From positions 541,485 through 565,944 of the forward strand of contig MU053352.1 of assembly GCA_013239625.1 (NCBI GenBank): a stretch of 24,460 bases of DNA, read 5' to 3'. The stretch's first letter is position 1. Each line of letters begins with the position of its first letter. Position numbers and translations under genes: made by a program. The notes below the pieces were generated by a model. That model had not been told where the DNA came from. It was given only the letters and a program-made list of their open reading frames with translations, and did no database searches. Source of the DNA: Lama guanicoe (lineage: Eukaryota). This document shows, in pieces, positions 1 through 9,595 of this stretch.

Positions 1-4
1 TCCT

Positions 5-150
5 GGGGGGGAGGGTATAGCTCAAGCGGTAGGTCACATGCTTAGCATGCATAAGGTCCTGTGCACCAGATCCTAGGTTCAATCCCCAGTACCCTGTCTA
101 AATAAATGAACCTAATTACCTCCTCCAGTCCAAAAAGAAAATTAAAGAAA
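5..150 (+). mobile_element. tRNA-Ala-derived SINE (camelid Vic-1-like), long-tail form
   Basis: The head GGGGAGGGTATAGCTCAAGCGGTAG (A-box) is followed by CTTAGCATG (Ala AGC anticodon-loop remnant) and GGTTCAATCCCC (B-box). The tail is AAATAAATGAACCTAATTACCTCC plus an A-rich stretch. The same body recurs five more times in the window. Confidence 0.88.
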
Positions 151-175
151 ATACATTTGAAAAAATGAAGAAGTT

Positions 176-362
176 TATATTGCATAGCACAGGGAACTAT
201 ATTCAGTATCTTGTAGTAGCTTATGGTGAAAAAGAATATGAAAATGAATATACGTATAGCTATGCAGGACTGAAGCACTGTGCTGTACACCAGAAATTGA
301 CACAACATTGTAAACTGACGATATCTCAATTTAAAAAATCAGAAAATTAAAAATTAAAAAAA
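176..362 (+). mobile_element. L1 3' end, artiodactyl/laurasiatherian-type (5'-truncated)
   Basis: TAGCACAGGGAACTATATTCAGTATCTTGTA...TGCTGTACACCAGAAATTGACACAACATTGTAAA followed by an A-rich tail matches the recalled 3' UTR end of younger artiodactyl L1s. Confidence 0.8.
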
Positions 363-384
363 TGAAGAAATCTGAAACATGGAC

Positions 385-572
385 GTTAATGATGTTAGCA
401 TCAATACTGTTCATCCATTTAATAAATGTATCATATTAATGTAAGACGTTTGTAATAGGGAAAACTGGAAAACTGGGAATCAAGTATATGGGAATTCTCC
501 CTATGCGATCTCTTTTCTTTTCTTTTAGATAAATCTAAAATGATCCTAAAAATTAAAGTCTACATTTCAAAA
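385..572 (+). mobile_element. old L1 (L1MC/L1MD-like) 3' UTR fragment
   Basis: AAATGTATCATATTAATGTAAGACGTT..AATAGGGAAAACTGG..GTATATGGGAATTCTC..AAATCTAAAA..AAAGTCTA resembles the recalled L1MC-type 3' terminus. Confidence 0.65.
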
Positions 573-929
573 ATCCTATACATACATGCAGTTATATTTA
601 TTCACAGACATGTGCATGAGTGCAGATTTAATTTTTTCCTTATTACAAAATTCAGTACAGAAACTTAAATCTTCAAGACAGAAAACATGGATGTGCAAAC
701 AGAAGAAACTGAAAATCACACATAATCCTACCACTTAGCATTTATACATGTAGCTTGTAAACATTTTTCTCTGCATTTACTTTTTCTTCTAGACAAAATT
801 GGGAATCATTCTTTTTTGGGTGGGGCAGGAAGTGGGAATCATTCTCTATACCAGTTTTGTACCCTTTATTTCTTTGAACTCAATATTATATCATGAGCAC
901 TTTTTCTCTTCATTAACAATTGTGGTTCT

Positions 930-1021
930 GGGGGTGGGTATAGCTGAGTGATAGAGTGCGTGCTTAGCATGCAGGAGGTCCTGGGTTCAAGTCCCAGTAC
1001 CTCCATTAAAATAAACAAACA
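930..1021 (+). mobile_element. tRNA-Ala-derived SINE (Vic-1-like), short form with perfect 15-bp TSD
   Basis: The tRNA-like body GGGTATAGCTGAGTGATAGAGTGCGTGCTTAGCATGCAGGAGGTCCTGGGTTCAAGTCCCAGTACCTCCA has an (AAAC)n tail. It is flanked by identical AACAATTGTGGTTCT at 915-929 and 1022-1036, with the left copy preceded by TT, as at an L1 endonuclease site. Confidence 0.93.
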
Positions 1022-1067
1022 AACAATTGTGGTTCTTCAGAATCTCTGTGGAGAAAAACTTCTGGAG

Positions 1068-1380
1068 TTCAACTCTCCATCAAACAGGTATTTCCCGAGC
1101 ACCTGCTCTGTGCTACAACCAGAAGCCAACCCAACACACTCCCTGGCCAAGTGGAGTTGACACTCTCGTGGGGGAGGTAGGGAAAAACACTAAACACAAA
1201 TCAACACAGGACCACAGTTGGAAGAAGCGTTGTGATGAAATAAAGAGGGTACAGTGATAGAAACAAAACTCTGGGTGGGATTTGTTAGGGTTGTCAGGGG
1301 AGGCCTCCAAATGGAGGTGGCATTTAAGCTGAGACCTGAGGCCGGGGTTTGGCTTTGGAACTGGCAGGGAAATCGTCTTT
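1068..1380 (-). mobile_element. L2 LINE fragment
   Basis: TTCAAC..CAAACAGGTATTTCCCGAGCACCTGCTCTGTGC and GTCAGGGGAGGCCTCC..GGAGGTGGCATTTAAGCTGAGACCTGA are typical reverse-strand L2 3' motifs. Confidence 0.65.
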
Positions 1381-1529
1381 AAGAGTGGATCTGGAACATG
1401 GTGAGGTCCCGCCCAAACCAGCTGCATCACTGGAGCCAGAACACGTTTCCTAGTTCCCAACACGTCATTGAAAGCTCTCTGCCCTTGACCGCTGCTGTCT
1501 AGTGTGGGCTGCACTGTGCTGAGGAGGGA

Positions 1530-2551
1530 CAGCCACGCCTGTGCCACAGATGTGCAATCTAGACAGTCTCACTGGCCTCTCCCCTAAAGGGCCTCCCTCA
1601 CCTTGGAGTTTAATGCTCTGCTGTCACCATCTTGAAATTCTTAATAGTTTATCTCAGAGCTGGTGTTTTGTAAGAGAAAGCCCACGGGCAGTGGGGCAGA
1701 GGAGATAAGAACATGCGTTTGCTCACGTAAAGGGACATATTCTGACACACCGACTATGGTCCCAGCATTGTCAGTGTCCATGAACACACTTCCAGCGGCC
1801 CCCCCACGGCGTGGGAGCTCAGAGAGACGCAAAGTAAGTGTGAGGTGAAGGGCTACTCTGAGACGGGGTGAGGACACAGCCCTGAGAGGCCGTGCCTTCC
1901 ACTCGACTTGGAATTTGCTTGAAGGCAGAGAGAAAGCACTAATATATACAAAGGATGAATGACCAGAGAACCTTATCAGACTTTCCTCCTCACGTGCCTT
2001 GGTACCAGCCGACCACTTGTGCTGAAAATGATGACAGAAGGAGAAGGAAGGACCGAGCAACCCAGAGTTCCTTTTCCTTTCAGTCCTCTCTTCCTCGTGG
2101 GGAAACTGTCGCTGGCGCGTGCGTGTCTTGGGAAGGGCAAACATCTGAGTGTGTTTCGTGCAGCACCTTCCACGGCTGTAGCAAGCACAGAATAACAGAT
2201 GCACGTACGAGTTACAAAATGCAGACTGTGTCATTTGGTGATTCCACATGTGAATTAAACTCTCACAGCGTTTTTGTGTTTAAAACTGGCCTTGCACAAT
2301 ATAAACATGAGTGGTAAAATTCGTGCTAATAATTAATTTTTAAATTTTTTCTTCCCTTAGAACAACATGAAATAGCAAATAAAAAACACCATGACAAGTC
2401 AACAGAGAGAGAGAGACCACAGGAGAAAGGAAAAAACCTTACAAACCTTACATGCTATTACTTTCAACAGCACTTTTCTTCCTGTCTTGTGTACAGGGGG
2501 CCCCCAATTTTCACTTTGCACTGGGCCCTGCAGATTAGAGAATTGACCCTG
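1530..2551 (+). mobile_element. MER45B-like non-autonomous hAT-Tip100 DNA transposon, near full length (~1 kb)
   Basis: It contains TTTAATGCTCTGCTGTCACCATCTTGAAATTCTTAATA near the 5' end. Internal blocks include GCTGAAAATGATGAC, AGTTCCTTTTCCTTTCAGTCC and AAATAGCAAATAAAAAACACCATGACAAGTC. The terminus is GGGGCCCCCAATTTTCACTTTGCACTGGGCCCTGCAGATT..CCCTG. All are collinear with the MER45B consensus as I recall it. The left boundary is approximate. Confidence 0.8.
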
Positions 2552-3699
2552 GGGGCAGCCAAGAGAAAAATCCTAGGATCTCTGCTTCCGAGTGAGGTGC
2601 ATGAGATAAAAGAAGAGGAAGAAACCCAGCTGAGACAGCAGCACATTTTATTTAGCTTTAATACAAAATGATACCGGCAGCAACATGGGCCTGGACGTGT
2701 TAAAAGCTGATCTCAACTTTTTTTTTTAATTTGCCTTTGTCCATTCTGCTCTGAGTCTTTAAAATTTGTTTAAAAATCATAAGAGAAACACAAGCTCTCT
2801 GTAATTAATTTGGACAATATCTAATGAAGCAATACACGAACATTTTCTTTTGCTGCTCACTGAATCCCGGCTCCTCCCAGAAGTCACAGCAGCGCGTTGG
2901 TGCCCTTTTCTCTAAGGCTCAGAGAGGGGAGGGGAGCCAGCTACAGTGACCCAGCTCGTAAATGAAAGGGCTGGGACTGGTACCCACTGAGCGTGTCCCT
3001 CCCTCTCACGCCCTCAGCAGAACCATCAGTAACACGACAAGCCCCAGCAGACGCTGGAGAGCACCACGAGTGTGTCTGGCCCAGATTCTGCTCCATAACG
3101 CCCAGCCTCCGTGGATGCTTGGGAAATCCCAACCGGATATTAATTTCACCACTGTCAATGGCCTTCATAATATTTCCGTTTTTGAAAAATGATAGTTCGA
3201 AGTAAGGAGATCAAGTACATTATTAGTTCCTGTGATCTCAACTCTCAGATGAATTCATGCAATTTAGTGCCTCCTAATGCAGTCAGATGGAAGTTGCAAA
3301 GCAGGCTGTGTCTGAAATAACAGATTTCTAAATGAACTTGACAGATGTAAACACAATATTGGGGGCGGGGGCAGGATTTACTGAGCAGAGACAATATCTG
3401 ATCATCTTCGGATGGTCAGGGCCTGGCGCAGTGTCCAGCTCAAGATGAATAACATGTTGGCCAAACTGAATTAGTCAGTGTGCACACAGGCTTCTAATGC
3501 CGATGTCCTTAAAAGGAAAAGACGCCCCAGTTTTTCTGGTGTCTTAATGGAACAGAGAGAAACTGGCCTCTCGTTTATGAACATGCTTTCAAGCTTAGGA
3601 GCTTAGCAGCTGTGACATGATGTAATTGCATCCGGAAGAGCCCTCCTCTTGTAATTATCTGACCAGTTCATAACAATCCACGTTCTCTGAGAACTGCCC

Positions 3700-4571
3700 T
3701 CTCCCGACAAGGGGGAGCCATTTAATGTGACAGGCCCCTTCCTTTCCCCTGGCCACAGGGCGTGGCACTCTGGTGGATAAGAGACCAGAATTGGGCTCAT
3801 TCACTTCTCTCTCCAGGGGATTCAGCATGGGGGTTCAGCAGTTCCAGCTAGTTTCTAGTGTGGCTGGGATGAGGAACGGGACAAAATTTGGCATCTATAG
3901 TGTAGCCCTCTTTGGCCATGTGCCTGGGTAGATAGAGAAAGACAATCTGTAGAGGGCAAGATTGCTTGGGGGAAAGAAGAGAAGAAGCCTGGCTCCTGGC
4001 AGCCATGTTTATACCATGTGATCCCGCCTTTAACCACAGCTGACTGGACCCACATGACAGCGGATGCATGTCTGGCTCATTAGTCATTCCCCCAGGAATT
4101 TGGTGAGAAGTCCAGTCCTTCTGCATGGCTGGAACTACCCACGTGGCACTGGGGAGCTGGGGAGCAGACATGGTCTAGACCAAAGAAGCAGAGAAGCTGG
4201 TCTGCACACAGCCTGGGAAAAGCACGTCTATGACAAATGATGAAGGGAAGGACTTCACTGGTCCCTGATGTGCCCTTCTCCCTCCTCCTGGCCCTGCTGG
4301 CATTCCTGCTCGTGGGTTCCAGAAGACCCTCTGATGTCTTTCAAGTGAAGTCCTTTTTAATTTACGGAGCTTGAGTTGACTTTGTTACCTGCAACCAAAA
4401 GAGTTCTGATTCTCAGGACTCCTGTGCCCCGTGCTAGGCCTGATGAAGCCCCATTACTTTTGGGCTGGGTGAGACGTGATGGTGCCCCTCCGGTAAATTC
4501 ACTTTCTCTCCAATTAAGCTGGTTCAAATAGGTCTTTGCTGTTTGTTTCCAAAAGAGCTTTGACCAAAACA
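3700..4571 (+). mobile_element. MLT1 (ERVL-MaLR) solo-LTR sequence, apparently two interleaved copies
   Basis: There are two MLT1-type 3' termini: TTGAGTTGACTTTGTTACCTGCAACCAAAAGAGTTCTGA (4371-4409) and TTAAGCTGGTTCAAATAGG..CCAAAAGAGCTTTGACC (4514-4565). There are also two GGCTCATT..CCAGG motifs (~3794 and ~4074). Confidence 0.6.
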
Positions 4572-4799
4572 ACACAGGTTTGTATCCGTGAAGGTATAAA
4601 CATCTGCCTGTATGTATGTGGAAGCTAACTTTGGGCAAAGCTCCCCCAGCCCCACTGAAGGCTTCACTTCATGACTTTGTTTTTACTGACCTCTCTGCCC
4701 CTTGCACAATCTTTAGAGGCCACCATGTGCGTGTCTAGGAGAATGCAGGAAGTGACCAAGGGGTTGCCCCTAGGGAAACAAAGAACAGGACATGGGAGG

Positions 4800-4960
4800 G
4801 AATCAGGGGTTCAGTCTTGGCTCCACACCTTAGCTTTAAACTTTGGGCAAGTTCTTGATGTCCCTCGACGCCCCTCTAAACTCAGTCTGCGTATCTCTAA
4901 AGTGGTGATAACAGTCCTTACTTTCCTGATCACTCAGTTGTTTGGTGGTCAAAGAGCATA
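4800..4960 (+). mobile_element. MIR SINE fragment
   Basis: GGGTTCAGTCTTGGCTCCAC..CTTTGGGCAAGTT..CTCAGTCTGCGTATCTCTAAAGTGGTGATAA is a degenerate MIR core. Confidence 0.65.
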
Positions 4961-5014
4961 AGAGGTTCAACAGTATAAAGAACTATTATTTTATAACGAC
5001 TACTAAGTGAATAC

Positions 5015-5310
5015 ATGGTTATGTATAAAGTCCTGAAAATAAAGAATAACATGAAAATGGAAGGAGAAAAAAAATCACCTATGATTCTGCCCCACGCCCA
5101 CTCCCACCCCACCCCTAGCCCACTAAATGCCACTGGTAATATTTTGCTGCATATTGTCAAATCTTTTTTTTTAATGTCTACTTTCTTTTTTCCCAACAAA
5201 ATTAGGGTCCTACTGTTTTGAATGAAGTAGTTTCTCAAATCTTTTAATTCAACAATTTATGAACATTTTCCAAAATTCTTCCACTTCATTTTTAATAGCT
5301 GCATAGTATT
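5015..5310 (-). mobile_element. old L1ME-like 3' UTR fragment
   Basis: AT-rich tract with AAAAATCACCTATGATTC..CCACTGGTAATATTTTG..TTTTTAATAGCTGCATAGTATT, typical of ancient L1ME fragments in reverse orientation. Confidence 0.45.
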
Positions 5311-5521
5311 TCCTTTCTTTCTTTTCTTTCTTTTCTCCCTCCCTCCCTCTCTTCCTTCCTTCCTTCCTTCCTTTCTCTCTCTCTCCTTCCTTCCTTCCTT
5401 CCTTCCTTCCTTCCTTCCTTTCTTCCTTTCTTTCTTTCTTTCTTTCTTTCTTTCTCTTTCTTTTTTTCTTTCTTTCTTTCTTCCTTCCTTCCTTTCTTCC
5501 TTTCTTTCTTCCTTTCTTTCC
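5311..5521. repeat. compound polypyrimidine microsatellite (CTTT)n/(CCTT)n/(CT)n, ~210 bp
   Basis: Directly visible uninterrupted C/T-only tract. Confidence 0.97.
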
Positions 5522-5899
5522 AGAGAAGAATCTTAATTTTCACAACCATTCCGCCTTCATTGCAAACCCCCATGCTGGGAACTGTGGCAATTTAATGATG
5601 GGAGAGGTCAAAGCTCCTGGGATACAGGCTAGAAGTCAAGAAATACTTCATTCCATGTGAACTTTTAATGTGTTACCTATTCAAATGCATAGGTGGATGA
5701 AAGTCTTCACACAGGAGTTGAAATCCGAGCTGACTGGTAAACAACAGGCAGGATGTTTTTTCGGAAGAAAAATGTAGGGAAAGGAGAATTCCTAGTAGAG
5801 GACAGCACCAGCCAAGGTATGAAGGTGAGTAATGGGAGTGGATTATGGAACAGATTTTTTTTTTTTATCTAGAAAAAGGAGCTTGCATTTCTAACTTCT

Positions 5900-6003
5900 T
5901 TTTTTTTTTAAGTTTTTAAAATCTTTTAATAGAGGTACTGGGATTGAACCCAGGACCTTGTGCATGCTAAGCACATGCTCTACCACTGAGCTATACCCTC
6001 CCC
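5900..6003 (-). mobile_element. tRNA-Ala-derived SINE (Vic-1-like), intact monomer
   Basis: The reverse complement reads GGGGAGGGTATAGCTCAGTGGTAGAGCATGTGCTTAGCATGCACAAGGTCCTGGGTTCAATCCCAGTACCTCTATTAAAA plus an A tail. Confidence 0.92.
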
Positions 6004-6007
6004 ACCT

Positions 6008-6085
6008 CTTTTTTTTTTTTTTAATGGAGGAACTGGTGATTGAACCCAGGACCTTGGGCATGCTAAGCACACACTATACCTCACC
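6008..6085 (-). mobile_element. tRNA-Ala-derived SINE (Vic-1-like), monomer with A-box deletion
   Basis: The reverse complement GGTGAGGTATAG-TGTGTGCTTAGCATGCCCAAGGTCCTGGGTTCAATCACCAGTTCCTCCATT plus poly(A) lacks the CTCAGTGGTAGAG segment present in the other copies. Confidence 0.88.
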
Positions 6086-7478
6086 ACTACTCTGTGGCAT
6101 CTCTAACTTCTAATCTCCATTAGACTAACAGCCCCACATGTTAAGGTATACCGGTCTACGAAATAGTCTAACTTCAAAAAAAAAAAAAGGAGCTGGTAAG
6201 TGAAAAAGCCTGGATTTGAACCCAGGCCTAACTGGCTCCTCTGTGCTCACTAGTAACCAGTGTTCGGCTTGCAGGGATCTAGGTCTTCCTGGACATGGGG
6301 CAGATCACTGCTTCCCACTCTGGACCTGTGAAACGGAGGAACTGAACTAGATGATACCTAAGGCTTGTTTCAAGTTTACTCCCTGGGAATCCAAGTTCCG
6401 ATTGATCATGTTTCGTTTGCCGGCCACTCTGGGTCAGGTGGATCAGATGAGCCTGCCAAGGGTGGGAGACACTGCAGGGTTTCTAGGACTTTCTAAGAAA
6501 GCTCTGAGTTTCTGGGAGGCTCCCAGGGACTTGCTTCAAGGCCCAGGTCCCATCTCAGAACAGTTCTGTGGCAGGGGTACAGCCTGCAGGCTCAGAGCAT
6601 TTGACCTTCTGGCCCAAGGTCATATATTACATTCCAGCGGGGGAGAAATGCCCACCAGGGAATTCTAAGAGCAATTTTCAAGGACATCAAATGGCGAACT
6701 GTGAGTCAGAGGACTCTTCTGAGAAGAGCCATTCCAGGGATGAAAAATGGGGCTGGGGGCCACTCTGGCCCTCTGGCCTATTTCATTCAGCCAGCACTGA
6801 GAATTTTGGATTACTTAACAAGCATCTAACGACAGGAGATCTCCAGATTTCTAGATTCTTGTGAAAAGTGGGAAGACCTGACAACCCTGGGCCCATGTTC
6901 CCACAGCTGGCTGGACCCTGGCTGCCCCCACCCCCTGTCCTCAGCCCTGGAGTTCCCGCCCACCTCACACACCTCACCAAGTCCACCTATGCCTGGAGGC
7001 ATGTGGGTCTGTGACCCTTGATCTGGGTCAACACTCTCATTTTATAGGTGAAGATATTGAATCCTGGAGAGGAAGGGACTGAACTGAGATTGCAAAGACT
7101 GGAGAGAGACTCAGGCTAGTTTCCAAGGTGCAACTTCCAATGGTGTGTTTCTTTTAGAGCACAAGCCATCAACCAGAAGACCAGCACTCCCTGGGCCTGC
7201 TGTTTGCCAGGTGCCTCACCCAGGAGGCCACAGTTCCCACTGGGTTAGTGCCTCCGGAATCTCATATAACCCACCAACCCCTCCCTCCCATCTCCCAGGC
7301 CAGCAGGGTTGGGGATCACCTGGTACTGGAATATGCTCCATTCTCACTCAGAAAGGTCCAGCTGCCAGGAAGGAAATACCCTGAGCTGTTCCTTCTTTCC
7401 CACTCAGAATTTGGCTACAGTTACCTGGACCCCAGGCCAAGTTCCATCATCCTGGGTTCCATCATCCCCCGATATGAG

Positions 7479-7630
7479 TTTTTTTGGTTTTGTTTTGCTT
7501 TTTTTGGTGGGGGGAAGTAATTAGGTTTGTTTATTTAATTTCATTTATTTATGTATATGGAGGCACTAGGGATTGAACCCAGGACCTTGTGCATGCTAAG
7601 CTCGCACTCCACCACTGAGCTATACCACCA
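7479..7630 (-). mobile_element. tRNA-Ala-derived SINE (Vic-1-like), long-tail form
   Basis: The plus strand shows a T-rich tail, GGGGGGAAGTAATTAGGTTTGTTTATTT, then GGAGGCACTAGGGATTGAACCCAGGACCTTGTGCATGCTAAGC..CCACTGAGCTATACC. A degenerate flanking repeat CATCCCC..ATGAG lies on both sides. Confidence 0.9.
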
Positions 7631-7719
7631 TCCCCACCATGAGCTCTAATTCTTGTGTTTCCTTCATCACAGCGTTTAACATGGGATGGCAAACAACAAT
7701 GACCACAAGGACATCAGCA

Positions 7720-7870
7720 AAACAAACAGCACTTGATTACACGTTTACAGCGTGCATGACGTTATTCTCACCAACCTCTGTCAGAACCCCTAGGCTCTGG
7801 GAAGTAAAGGAAACTGACCCCAAACCTCACAGCTGGAAGTGGGTTCAGACCCCCTTGTCTGACAAGAAAC
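7720..7870 (-). mobile_element. MIR fragment
   Basis: AAAGGAAACTGACCCCAAACCTCACAGCTGGAAGTGGG resembles a reverse MIR core. Confidence 0.45.
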
Positions 7871-8439
7871 CAACGCTCTTCCTACTTTCTGTACCTCGGT
7901 TGCTGTAAGGGGGTTTTCAGAATCCAGTGAGATCAGAAGCCCTTGGAATGTGGGTTTTCTCCAGCACCTTGACTTTCCAGGTTCTCCGCCTGAATCTTGC
8001 AATGTCTGCATGGATGGTGGGAGCCCGGGAGTCACCCTAGGAGGGAACCGCCAGGGGGTTAGCAGTGTTTTTGTAAATGTGGACAGTGGATCGCAAGCTT
8101 CTGCTCGTGTCCGCCCCAACCCCTCACCCCAGGCCGGAACTGAGGTAAGTGATACCCCAAACTTCTGAGCCAGAGAGGACTGGAGGTTCATTTAGCTAAA
8201 TGCTGGTAATTTACATGATAATTCTTATTTTAAAATTTAAGTTTCAGACTTCTGTATAAATTTCTGTTCTTCTAAGCCCCCTGCCCAAATTCTATTTCTC
8301 TCCAACCCCCAGTAAAAACAAAAAACAAAACAAAACAAAAAACAGCTGGTGAAAGTACCATTGGTCCCACAAGCTGTCTCCCTCTATTTCCAGGCCAACA
8401 TACAAAATCATACTATCATTTTAAAACTTCTGCTATGTT

Positions 8440-8572
8440 TGACGTGCAAAGATGTTCATCTCAGCGCTGACTATAACAGCAAAGAAAAAGAACACAACCT
8501 AAATGTCCAACACAGAAACTGATTAAAGAATCAAGGTACAAGTAGGAGAGAACTCTGCAGCCAGTGAAAATA
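8440..8572 (+). mobile_element. old L1 (L1M/L1ME) ORF2-end fragment
   Basis: GCAAAGATGTTCATCTCAGCGCTGACTATAACAGCAAA..ACAACCTAAATGTCCAAC is the conserved L1 ORF2 C-terminal region. Confidence 0.6.
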
Positions 8573-8797
8573 CTATTCACTTATTTTACTTTTAATGTTC
8601 ATGTAACAACTTAAAAAGCACACATGATACTATGGATTCTTCATTGCTTTTCAAATTACAAAAGTAATCCCTAAAAAAAAGTAATCCCTTTTCACAATAC
8701 AAATAAAATAAAATACTATAGAAATGTTTAAGGTAAGACGTGAAGGTGCCCCACAAACATGCCTACCTCCAGTCCCAGAGTTAACATGCAGTGCAGC

Positions 8798-8944
8798 GGG
8801 GAGGGTACAGCTCAGTGGTAGAGTATGTGCTTAGCATGCCCGAGGTCCTGGGTTCAATATCCAGTACCTCCATTTAAAAAAATAAATAAACAAATCTAAT
8901 CCCCCCCACCAAAAACAAACAAACAAACAGACAAACAAACAAAA
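8798..8944 (+). mobile_element. tRNA-Ala-derived SINE (Vic-1-like), long-tail form with TSD
   Basis: The body GGGGAGGGTACAGCTCAGTGGTAGAGTATGTGCTTAGCATGCCCGAGGTCCTGGGTTCAATATCCAGTACCTCCA has an (AAAC)n tail. It is flanked by AACATGCAGTGCA (8783-8795) and AGCATGCAGTGTA (8945-8957), which match at 11/13. Confidence 0.92.
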
Positions 8945-9087
8945 AGCATGCAGTGTAAAAAAAAATAAGACCATGCAATGTATTCGTCATGTACTGGTAC
9001 ATTTCAGAGGCAGAATAAAATTATATAGATTCATTAGTATCACTTTTTTTTTTAACCTATACACTGGAATAGGGAAAAAAAAGGCTA

Positions 9088-9595
9088 TTTGTACACCCAC
9101 GTTCATAGCAGCATTATTCGCAGTAGCTAAATGTGGAAGTAACCCATGTGTCGTCAGTGGATAAATGAATGAGTAAAACATGGTCTAAGTAAACATGGCC
9201 CATACAATGAAATATTATTCTGCCTTAAAAAGGAAGGAAATTCTGACGCAGGCTACAACATGGATGAACCTTGAGGACATTCTGCTAAGTGAAAAATCAG
9301 TCACTAAAAAACAAATAGTGTAGGATTCCACTTATATGAGGTACCTAGAGGAGTCAAAATCACAGAGACAGACAACAGGTGGTTGGTTGCCAGGGGCTGG
9401 GGAGAGGAGGGGGTGGGGAGTTACTGTTTAACGAGTTCAGGGTTTCAGTTTTACAAGATGAAAAGAACTATAGAGATGGATGGTGGCGGTGGTTGCATAT
9501 TATTATGAATATATTTAAAACCACTGAACTGTACACTTAAAAACTGTTAGGATGGTCAACTTTGTTATGGGTATTTTACCATAATAAAAAAAAAA
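9088..9595 (+). mobile_element. L1MB-type LINE-1 3' end (5'-truncated, ~0.5 kb)
   Basis: GTTCATAGCAGCATTATTC, ACATGGATGAACCTTGAGGACATT, GATTCCACTTATATGAGGTACCTAGA, GGTTGCCAGGGGCTGGGG and CCACTGAACTGTACACTTAAAAA, ending in ATAATAAAAAAAAAA. Confidence 0.88.

Noticed and set aside
930..1005. Genuine tRNA-Ala(AGC) genes (also at 5, 5900, 6008, 7479, 8798)
   Set aside because: These are six diverged copies with A-rich or (AAAC)n tails, TSDs and broken stems, so they are tRNA-derived SINEs.
1641..2317. 202-aa and 120-aa ORFs as a possible transposase or novel gene
   Set aside because: They lie inside the non-autonomous MER45B-like element and show no transposase motifs or splice structure.
5292..5573. 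Lys/Glu/Arg-rich 93-aa ORF on the minus strand
   Set aside because: It is a translation of the GAAA/GGAA microsatellite.
8660..8689. Short direct repeats (AAAAGTAATCCCT x2; also ~460-478, ~2434-2452, 7441-7467, ~9176-9200) as a CRISPR-like or designed array
   Set aside because: They are isolated two-copy slippage duplications with no repeat-spacer periodicity, in eukaryotic DNA.
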